DNA of 5,761 nucleotides from a virus (Duplodnaviria; Heunggongvirae; Uroviricota; Caudoviricetes): IMG/VR virus record IMGVR_UViG_2675903559_000015; one strand, 5' to 3'. Shown piece by piece: positions 1 to 5,603 of this stretch (position 1 is its first letter; each line of letters starts with the position of its first letter). The notes under the pieces were generated by a model. It saw only the letters and a program-made list of their open reading frames with translations, ran no database searches and was not told where the DNA came from. The position numbers and the translations under genes were made by a program.

Positions 1-10
1 GTTTCTACAA

Positions 11-32
11 CCCGCCGCCGAGCGGGTTTTTT
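11..32 (+). terminator. Rho-independent terminator-like hairpin closing a transcription unit that lies upstream of the window
   Basis: Seen in sequence: 5-bp GC stem cccgc(11-15)/gcggg(22-26), 6-nt loop, followed by TTTTTT (27-32). Confidence 0.45.
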
Positions 33-152
33 ATGACTGAAATCGCGTCAGTACAGTAAACGCGCTGGTGGCGGTGAATACCTGTCTTTCAGCTTGCTGG
101 CTTTTTCGACAAGAGTTATTGGTGTGTCACGTTAACCGGAAAAGGAAAAGAC

Positions 153-350
153 ATGCTAAAACAGCAGGATATGACAGAAACCGCCAGAGTGGTGTTTAAT
201 GAATTAAGCGTTACCGAACCGGCGACAGTCGGGGAGATAGCGCAGAATACTTACCTTTCACGCGAACGCTGCCAGTTAATACTGACCCAGCTGGTTATGG
301 CGGGTCTGGCAGACTATCAGTTCGGTTGTTACAGACGCCTTCCGCAGTGA
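153..350 (+). CDS. Small hypothetical protein, 65 aa; pattern suggests a winged-helix DNA-binding fold (PapI/FaeA-like size class), unverified
   Basis: ORF track; ATG at 153 preceded by a purine-rich Shine-Dalgarno (aaaggaaaag) at the right spacing. Fold assignment is from residue pattern only, not a search. Confidence 0.55.
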   Translation: MLKQQDMTETARVVFNELSVTEPATVGEIAQNTYLSRERCQLILTQLVMAGLADYQFGCYRRLPQ

Positions 351-377
351 AGGCTTTTTTATTTGTGGTAAATGGGC

Positions 378-408
378 GGCTGGTGGGTGTTAGGGGCACC
401 CACCAGCC
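378..408. promoter_or_regulatory. Perfect 12-bp inverted repeat with 7-nt spacer between the small ORF and the methyltransferase gene; candidate operator or RNA hairpin
   Basis: Seen in sequence: ggctggtgggtg (378-389) / cacccaccagcc (397-408). No U-tract follows, so not a classical intrinsic terminator. A second smaller palindrome ctgctttgcgcaaaagcag lies near 448-468. Confidence 0.3.
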
Positions 409-500
409 ATCTGCTCATGCGTTGGGTTCACAAGCAAACCTCAGGCCCACTGCTTTGCGCAAAAGCAGAATGAGCCTATCAGAGACAGGCTTAATGATCC

Positions 501-1559
501 ATGCTTAATACTGTAAAAATATCCAGTTGTGAGTTAATCAACGCCGACTGCCTGGAATTTATCCGGTCGTTACCCGAAAATTCTGTTGACCTGATAGTCA
601 CGGACCCGCCGTACTTTAAAGTGAAGCCTGAGGGCTGGGATAACCAGTGGAAGGGCGACGATGATTACCTGAAGTGGCTGGACCAGTGTCTGGCGCAGTT
701 CTGGCGGGTGCTGAAACCTGCCGGAAGTCTTTACCTGTTCTGTGGTCATCGCCTGGCATCTGATATCGAAATCATGATGCGTGAACGCTTCAGTGTGCTG
801 AACCATATTATCTGGGCGAAGCCGTCCGGACGCTGGAACGGATGCAACAAGGAAAGCCTGCGGGCGTATTTCCCCGCCACAGAGCGCATTCTGTTCGCGG
901 AACATTATCAGGGGCCGTATCGTCCGAAAGATGCCGGGTATGCGGCGAAGGGCAGTGCACTGAAACAGCATGTGATGGCCCCGCTGATTTCTTACTTTCG
1001 TGATGCGCGAGCTGCCCTGGGGATAACGGCAAAACAGATTGCAGATGCCACAGGAAAGAAAAACATGGTGTCGCACTGGTTCAGTGCCGGTCAGTGGCAG
1101 TTGCCGAATGAAAGCGATTATCTGAAATTACAGGCGCTGTTTGCCCGGGTGGCAGAAGAGAAGCATCGGCGTGGTGAACTGGAAAAGCTCCACCACCAGC
1201 TGGTGGATACGTATACCTCACTGAACCGGCAGTATGCGGAGCTGCTGAGTGAATATAAACATCTGCGGCGGTATTTTGGCGTGACGGTGCAGGTGCCGTA
1301 TACCGATGTGTGGACGCATAAACCGGTGCAGTTCTATCCCGGGAAACATCCGTGCGAAAAACCGGCAGAAATGCTGCAGCAGATAATCAGCGCTAGCAGT
1401 CGTCCGGGTGACCTGATTGCAGATTTTTTCATGGGGTTGGGTTCGACAGTGAAAGCGGCACTGGCGCTCGGGCGTCGTGCAATTGGCGTTGAGCTGGAGA
1501 CTGAACGTTTTGAGCAGACGGTTCGGGAAGTACAGGATTTAGTCAGCCAGAACGGATGA
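501..1559 (+). CDS. DNA methyltransferase, beta-class N6-adenine/N4-cytosine family (phage orphan methylase type), 352 aa
   Basis: ORF track. Catalytic motif IV DPPY (VTDPPYF) near the N-terminus and AdoMet-binding motif I FxGxG (DFFMGLGST) near the C-terminus, the circular permutation typical of beta-class amino-MTases. No adjacent restriction endonuclease gene. Confidence 0.9.
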   Translation: MLNTVKISSCELINADCLEFIRSLPENSVDLIVTDPPYFKVKPEGWDNQWKGDDDYLKWLDQCLAQFWRVLKPAGSLYLFCGHRLASDIEIMMRERFSVLNHIIWAKPSGRWNGCNKESLRAYFPATERILFAEHYQGPYRPKDAGYAAKGSALKQHVMAPLISYFRDARAALGITAKQIADATGKKNMVSHWFSAGQWQLPNESDYLKLQALFARVAEEKHRRGELEKLHHQLVDTYTSLNRQYAELLSEYKHLRRYFGVTVQVPYTDVWTHKPVQFYPGKHPCEKPAEMLQQIISASSRPGDLIADFFMGLGSTVKAALALGRRAIGVELETERFEQTVREVQDLVSQNG

Positions 1560-1599
1560 TATTGAAGAATTAATTACGCGTCGTTATTATGCGGCTCCC

Positions 1600-1675
1600 G
1601 GCCCTTTAGCTCAGTGGTGAGAGCGAGCGACTCATAATCGCCAGGTCGCTGGTTCAAATCCAGCAAGGGCCACCA
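1600..1675 (+). tRNA. ileZ: tRNA-Ile, anticodon CAU (lysidine-type, decodes AUA); ileX/ileZ-like
   Basis: Cloverleaf read by hand: acceptor GGCCCTT/AAGGGCC, D-arm GCTC...GAGC, anticodon loop CTCATAA, T-arm GCTGG-TTCAAAT-CCAGC, discriminator A, encoded CCA. Symbol given by analogy to the Stx-phage tRNA cluster. Confidence 0.85.
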
Positions 1676-1682
1676 TCACATA

Positions 1683-1759
1683 CCGCCATTAGCTCATCAG
1701 GAAAGAGCGCCAGCCTTCGAAGCTGGCTGCGCGGGGTTCAAGTCCCCGATGGCGGTCCA
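1683..1759 (+). tRNA. argN: tRNA-Arg, anticodon UCG (decodes rare CGA)
   Basis: Acceptor CCGCCAT/ATGGCGG, anticodon stem CCAGC/GCTGG with loop CTTCGAA, T-arm CGGGG-TTCAAGT-CCCCG, encoded CCA. Symbol by analogy to Stx-phage cluster. Confidence 0.8.
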
Positions 1760-1772
1760 TTATCTGCATCAT

Positions 1773-1849
1773 GCGTTGTTAGCTCAGCCGGACAGAGCAA
1801 TTGCCTTCTAAGCAATCGGTCACTGGTTCGAATCCAGTACAGCGCGCCA
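1773..1849 (+). tRNA. argO: tRNA-Arg, anticodon UCU (decodes rare AGA)
   Basis: Acceptor GCGTTGT/ACAGCGC (one G-U wobble pair), anticodon loop CTTCTAA, T-arm ACTGG-TTCGAAT-CCAGT, discriminator G, encoded CCA. Symbol by analogy to Stx-phage cluster. Confidence 0.85.
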
Positions 1850-1959
1850 TATTCATTCTTCCAGATTCCTTCCGGCAGAGCCTTATACTGAAATATACCT
1901 GGCTCAGGATATTGTTGAAAATATTTTATGTTTGTCAAAAATAAAAGTTCTGTTAAGTA

Positions 1960-2313
1960 TTGATTGAGTGTTTGTTATACGGTCTAATGGTTTTTTCAGC
2001 ATTAAATATTTATCATTCATATGGTGTGGGTAGAGTGAATATTGATGAGGCGTCGGGGTGTTTCATCCTTAGGCAGCGTATTGATATAGTCAATGCAGCA
2101 CGAGCAAAGGCCTTCAGCCGTTTGACAGTTTTGTTCTGTACTCCTGATCGTCTTTCGGGAAGAGACGTTATTATTCTGAATAGTGATGCTATACAGAGGG
2201 TTTGCGATGAGTTCATGGTTGCTAATTCAGAATTATTTGCTCTTGTTCAGGAGTACAACAGAATAGCCAGGACCTGTGGTATGGATGAACTTCGGATTAC
2301 TCATCTGGGGTAG
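1960..2313 (+). CDS. Hypothetical protein in AT-rich cargo island (117 codons from a TTG start; first in-frame ATG at 1987)
   Basis: ORF track only. No convincing Shine-Dalgarno at either start, no recognisable motif. AT-rich, atypical composition relative to flanking phage DNA. Confidence 0.3.
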   Translation: MIECLLYGLMVFSALNIYHSYGVGRVNIDEASGCFILRQRIDIVNAARAKAFSRLTVLFCTPDRLSGRDVIILNSDAIQRVCDEFMVANSELFALVQEYNRIARTCGMDELRITHLG

Positions 2314-2393
2314 ATACATATCTGGATTATCACCTGTTACGGTAAAAAGTGATTGCTTACTGTTTTTGTGAATGGCATTGCAGCAGCCGGATA

Positions 2394-2480
2394 ATGTCAG
2401 TGCTGGCTGACGGTGTGCTGGTGGCGGGTGTGGTGGTTGTTGCTTTCCCGTTGCTGAAAAAGAAAACGCCAGACTGTTAG
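2394..2480 (+). CDS. Candidate 28-aa hydrophobic mini-protein (MSVLADGVLVAGVVVVAFPLLKKKTPDC), single predicted transmembrane helix with basic tail
   Basis: Hand translation. Weak Shine-Dalgarno (gga) upstream. Could equally be a by-product of GTG-rich simple sequence. Last six codons lie inside repeat copy A. Confidence 0.2.
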   Translation: MSVLADGVLVAGVVVVAFPLLKKKTPDC

Positions 2481-2751
2481 CCGGGTATCAGTTAGCGGGA
2501 GAAATTTTTAAATACTTCACAATTCAGGCGGTTGACTGTTGTCTGGTTTGCGGGGAGTTTGTTAAAAGAAACTGGCATGGTGAATCCCCCTGTGCGGAGG
2601 GGCAATCAGCGAGTAGGTATATGGGATAATCGCGGATTCAGGTGCTGGTACTGAATTCACCGGGAGGCACCCGGCACCATGCAATGGCACATAGCGCCAC
2701 TCTCCAGCCCCTCTCCGGAGGGGCTGTTTATATTGATTTTGTCAGATGTGA
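2463..2751 (+). repeat. 289-bp structured repeat, copy A (identical to copy C; contains several GC-rich hairpins and ends in an intrinsic terminator)
   Basis: Direct comparison with 4710-4998 shows identity over the full 289 bp by eye; partial diverged copy at 2989-3208. Confidence 0.85.
2706..2740 (+). terminator. Intrinsic terminator at the 3' end of repeat copy A
   Basis: Perfect 8-bp stem agcccctc/gaggggct with tetraloop tccg, followed by gtttatattgatttt. Confidence 0.6.
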
Positions 2752-2752
2752 A

Positions 2753-2779
2753 CTGGTTCAAATCCAGCAAGGGCCACCA
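2753..2779 (+). pseudogene. 3'-terminal 27-nt fragment of tRNA-Ile(CAU) (ileZ), 5' part replaced by repeat copy A
   Basis: 2753-2779 matches 1649-1675 (T-arm, acceptor 3' strand, CCA); upstream sequence is repeat A, not tRNA. Confidence 0.8.
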
Positions 2780-2786
2780 TCACATA

Positions 2787-2863
2787 CCGCCATTAGCTCA
2801 TCAGGAAAGAGCGCCAGCCTTCGAAGCTGGCTGCGCGGGGTTCAAGTCCCCGATGGCGGTCCA
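2787..2863 (+). tRNA. argN: tRNA-Arg (UCG), second copy, identical to 1683-1759
   Basis: Sequence identity to copy 1 at constant offset of 1104 bp. Confidence 0.8.
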
Positions 2864-2876
2864 TTATCTGCATCAT

Positions 2877-2953
2877 GCGTTGTTAGCTCAGCCGGACAGA
2901 GCAATTGCCTTCTAAGCAATCGGTCACTGGTTCGAATCCAGTACAACGCGCCA
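2877..2953 (+). tRNA. argO: tRNA-Arg (UCU), second copy, one substitution relative to copy 1 (acceptor stem G to A, converting a T-G wobble into a T-A pair)
   Basis: Copy 2 reads gtacaacgcgcca where copy 1 reads gtacagcgcgcca; the remainder of the tRNA is identical. Confidence 0.85.
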
Positions 2954-2967
2954 CACTTATTTTCCCT

Positions 2968-2993
2968 GGCTCGCTTTTGCGGGCCTTTTTTTT
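2968..2993 (+). terminator. Intrinsic terminator immediately downstream of argO copy 2
   Basis: Stem ggctcgc/gcgggcc (one G-U wobble), loop tttt, then T8 tract. Confidence 0.65.
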
Positions 2994-3208
2994 AAATGTC
3001 TCACAATTCAGACGGTTGACAGTTGTCTGTTTTGCGGGGAGTTTGTTAAAAGAAACTGGCATGGTGAATCCCCCTGTGCGGAGGGGCAATCAGCGAGTAG
3101 GTATATGGGATAATCGCGGATTCAGGTGCTGGTACTGAATTCACCGGGAGGCACCCGGCATCATGCAATGGCACATAGCGCCACTCTCCAGCCCTCTCCG
3201 GAGGGGCT
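2989..3208 (+). repeat. Diverged partial copy B of the structured repeat (about 220 bp; lacks the first 42 bp of A/C; 5 substitutions and a 1-bp deletion in the shared part)
   Basis: Aligns to 2505-2725 of copy A; differences include cagacgg/caggcgg, ttgacagttg/ttgactgttg, ctgttttg/ctggtttg, ggcatcatg/ggcaccatg and cagccctc/cagcccctc. Homology resumes at 3274-3290 after a 65-bp copy-B-specific insertion. Confidence 0.8.
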
Positions 3209-3440
3209 TTTCTGTGCCGGATACATCACAGTTTCTGGAACCTTAGGTACTACAGTATCAGTCAGGGTGCTATATTTTCAGATGTGATGAAAGCCTGTCA
3301 GCAGGCAGGGCGTATCGGAAATGACCCAGTAGAGAAAACGTTGACTCAGATACCGGTGCTGAGTTACCGGGAAACCGGCATCACATGACCGCTATCCTGA
3401 GGTGTACTGGCAATAGCGGACACTACCATTTGTTCTTTTT

Positions 3441-4259
3441 TTAAGCAGCCATCTGATGATATTTTTCCCTGAAGGCTGCCGGGGAGATATTCCCCAGACG
3501 AGAGTGACGACGCTGACGATTGTAGAAAATCTCAATGTATTCCCGTATTACTGAGATGGCTTCATCCCGGTTATTAAAACGATAGTGGCTCAGGCTCTCA
3601 TTTTTCAGCGTTCCCCAGAAGCTTTCCATCGGAGCGTTGTCGTAACAGTTACCTTTACGCGACATTGATGTTTTCAGACCAGACTGCTCCTGTATGACCC
3701 GGTAATCGTATGCGCAGTACTGTGAACCTCGATCAGAGTGGTGGATTAGCCCGGCAGGTGGGCGCTGGCTCCTGAGCGCCATAAACAGGGCTTTACCTGT
3801 CAGCTCTTTTGTCATGCGCTCTCCCATGGCGTAGCCGACAATTTCGCACGTATAAACATCTTTGATGCCAGCGAGGTACAACCATCCCTCCTGTGTGGCA
3901 ACATACGTCAGGTCCGCCACCCAGACCTGATTTGGTGCTGTAGGAGCGAACGTCTGGTTCAGCAGATTTGGCGCAACTGGCAGATTGTGGTTCGAGTTCG
4001 TAGTCGCTCTGAACTTGCGTTTCTGCTTACAGCGTAGCCTTAGCTCCTTACGAAGACGTGCCAGTCGGTCACGACCAACGATGATGCCATTCTCTGCCAG
4101 CTCCGTCTGGAGCCGCCGGGTTCCATATGTTTCGCGAGTGCGGATATGTGCCACCTTAATCTCCAGTTTTAGCCGCTCATCACTTTGTTTTCTGTCTGAG
4201 GGTTCATGCTGTACCCAGTTGTAATAACCGCTCCTGGATACACCAAATACCTGACACAT
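3441..4259 (-). CDS. IS600 transposase OrfB (DDE catalytic domain); expressed as OrfAB fusion by -1 frameshifting, so the true OrfB frame extends upstream to about 4346
   Basis: ORF track; IS3-family signatures HSDRGSQY and YDNAPMESFWGTLK. Confidence 0.85.
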   Translation of the reverse strand: MCQVFGVSRSGYYNWVQHEPSDRKQSDERLKLEIKVAHIRTRETYGTRRLQTELAENGIIVGRDRLARLRKELRLRCKQKRKFRATTNSNHNLPVAPNLLNQTFAPTAPNQVWVADLTYVATQEGWLYLAGIKDVYTCEIVGYAMGERMTKELTGKALFMALRSQRPPAGLIHHSDRGSQYCAYDYRVIQEQSGLKTSMSRKGNCYDNAPMESFWGTLKNESLSHYRFNNRDEAISVIREYIEIFYNRQRRHSRLGNISPAAFREKYHQMAA

Positions 4260-4294
4260 CGCTTCAATGGGAAATTGTTGTCGCCATTGTTCGA

Positions 4295-4597
4295 TTAACG
4301 CGTATTTTTCAGCGACTCCTGTGCAAAATACGCTGTTGCTTTTTTTAATATATCTCGCTCAAGGCGAGCTTCATTTAACGCCTTACGCAGTTGCAGAATT
4401 TCAGATTCCAGTTCAGCCACCGTGCGGGAACCAGGAGTACCGAGCCCTTTTCTGGCGGCGGTAACCCATTGTCCTAAAGTGCCTTCAGGAAGAGATAATC
4501 GGGAAGCGCCTTCACTGATCGAAAGTTGATTTTCAAGAACCGTTCTGACAGCTTCGGCTTTGAACTCTTTAGAGTAACGTTGGGTTTTTCTGCTCAT
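4295..4597 (-). CDS. IS600 transposase OrfA (HTH and leucine-zipper part)
   Basis: ORF track; AGGAG Shine-Dalgarno 7 nt upstream of ATG on the minus strand; product begins MSRKTQRYSKEFKAEAV, which I recognise as IS600-type OrfA. Confidence 0.85.
   Translation of the reverse strand: MSRKTQRYSKEFKAEAVRTVLENQLSISEGASRLSLPEGTLGQWVTAARKGLGTPGSRTVAELESEILQLRKALNEARLERDILKKATAYFAQESLKNTR
4340..4346 (-). other. Candidate -1 programmed ribosomal frameshift site (A7 run) at the OrfA/OrfB overlap
   Basis: Seven consecutive A on the minus strand (T7 on plus) within the last codons of OrfA; OrfB is in the -1 frame relative to OrfA. Confidence 0.5.
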
Positions 4598-4709
4598 TAT
4601 TAGCTCCTTCTGATGCCATTCTATTTCAGGAAGGAGTGTCCGTTAAACTCAGGCTACCTCAGTCTCGTTCATTTTACTCACAGTACCGCCTCCTGAAATT
4701 TCCCCTGAT

Positions 4710-4998
4710 AAAACGCCAGACTGTTAGCCGGGTATCAGTTAGCGGGAGAAATTTTTAAATACTTCACAATTCAGGCGGTTGACTGTTGTCTGGTTTGCGG
4801 GGAGTTTGTTAAAAGAAACTGGCATGGTGAATCCCCCTGTGCGGAGGGGCAATCAGCGAGTAGGTATATGGGATAATCGCGGATTCAGGTGCTGGTACTG
4901 AATTCACCGGGAGGCACCCGGCACCATGCAATGGCACATAGCGCCACTCTCCAGCCCCTCTCCGGAGGGGCTGTTTATATTGATTTTGTCAGATGTGA
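4710..4998 (+). repeat. 289-bp structured repeat, copy C (identical to copy A)
   Basis: Direct comparison with 2463-2751; begins 48 bp after the IS600 end. Confidence 0.85.
4953..4987 (+). terminator. Intrinsic terminator at the 3' end of repeat copy C
   Basis: Same perfect 8-bp stem, tetraloop and U-rich tail as 2706-2740. Confidence 0.6.
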
Positions 4999-5005
4999 GT
5001 AAACT

Positions 5006-5037
5006 CCTTATGGACTTTGTTGTTTTAGTCCATAAGG
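5006..5037. other. Perfect 10-bp inverted repeat with 12-nt loop abutting repeat copy C and overlapping the 3' end of the minus-strand ORF
   Basis: ccttatggac (5006-5015) / gtccataagg (5028-5037). No clear U-tract on either strand. Confidence 0.35.
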
Positions 5038-5343
5038 ACATATTTGCAGAGTGCAACGGTTATTAAAGCATTCATTCAATACGTTATCTGTATTTGTAGG
5101 GCATTCCTGGCTATTTTTGATTGAATTCCAGAATGTTTTATTGAATGGTACTACGTTGTAAATGGTTACAGGTAGCACTTTGTTATTGAGCATGATGCCT
5201 GTGTGAGTCAGTGTAAATATACTTTCAGGAGGTAAGAAAGCATCCGATTGATACCAGATTATTAATTTTATTTTACTCCATATGACTGAAAAAGATATTC
5301 CGCATGATGGCTGGATAACTGTATCAATCACAATCCACTTCAT
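5008..5343 (-). CDS. Hypothetical protein, 111 aa, in AT-rich cargo island; antisense to the flanking plus-strand units
   Basis: ORF track; Shine-Dalgarno aaggaaa 6 nt upstream of the minus-strand ATG; no plus-strand ORF of comparable length in this island. No recognisable motif. Confidence 0.4.
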   Translation of the reverse strand: MKWIVIDTVIQPSCGISFSVIWSKIKLIIWYQSDAFLPPESIFTLTHTGIMLNNKVLPVTIYNVVPFNKTFWNSIKNSQECPTNTDNVLNECFNNRCTLQICPYGLKQQSP

Positions 5344-5603
5344 TTAGTTTCCTTGTTTATGCCTTGCTGGTGATGTTCTGAAAAGTATAAATGATATTTT
5401 TGAATGTAAACCATAGAGCAGAATTATTTTTCTGATGTTGTTTATTGTTTATTTAAATGCAGGGTGGTTTATATCTCGTCTTGTAGTTTATCCATGCATA
5501 TCTGCTTGATAATCAGGTTTTTATTTAAGGTATGGTTTTGTGTTTTTTCTGTATTACATGTCAGGTATTTTAAAGAATTATTTTTCAGATGGTGGAAAGA
5601 ACC

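Larger units (their letters stand above)
3398..4661 (-). mobile_element. IS600 (IS3 family) insertion sequence, complete, 1264 bp
   Basis: Imperfect terminal inverted repeats TGAGGTGTACTGGCAATAGCGGACACT (3398-) and TGAGGTAGCCTGAGTTTAACGGACACT (reverse complement ending at 4661); two overlapping ORFs in -1 register; length matches IS600 as I recall it. Flanking trinucleotides tcc and gtc do not match, so no target-site duplication. Confidence 0.85.

Noticed and set aside
326-508. 60-aa plus-strand ORF across the 350-500 intergenic region
   Set aside because: Overlaps the stop of the upstream ORF and the palindromic hairpin, has no Shine-Dalgarno, and ends just inside the methylase gene start. 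Likely spurious.
570-1076. Minus-strand ORFs of 168 and 74 aa inside the methylase gene
   Set aside because: Fully antisense to a well-supported CDS, with no start signals or motifs. Typical shadow ORFs.
1738-1938. 66-aa minus-strand ORF
   Set aside because: Overlaps argN and argO on the opposite strand.
2013-2216. 67-aa minus-strand ORF
   Set aside because: Antisense within the 117-codon ORF; no start context. Neither is strongly supported, but the longer plus-strand ORF is the better candidate.
2560-2580. ERIC-like motif gtgaatcccc inside the repeat
   Set aside because: Only a 10-nt match to the enterobacterial ERIC consensus; the rest of the element does not align.
2463-2751. Repeat element as a Q-dependent late promoter (pR')
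   Set aside because: TTGACT (copy B: TTGACA) is present, but no acceptable -10 hexamer lies 16-18 bp downstream. Promoter function cannot be supported from sequence alone.
2753-2779. ileZ 3' fragment as an integrase attachment-site core
   Set aside because: The duplication continues through complete argN and argO (201 bp) and no integrase gene is nearby. Homologous recombination between tRNA clusters is the simpler explanation, though att origin is not excluded.
2642-3138. Four overlapping ORFs (2642-2995 +, 2679-2915 +, 2883-3089 -, 2905-3138 +)
   Set aside because: They run through the repeat hairpins, tRNA genes and terminators. Reading frames here are by-products of structured RNA sequence.
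3985-4464. Plus-strand ORFs of 79 and 65 aa inside IS600
   Set aside because: Antisense to transposase OrfB and OrfA.
2463-4998. CRISPR array suggested by three repeat copies
   Set aside because: Repeat units are 220-289 bp with irregular spacing of hundreds to thousands of bp. No short 28-37 bp repeat-spacer periodicity and no cas genes.
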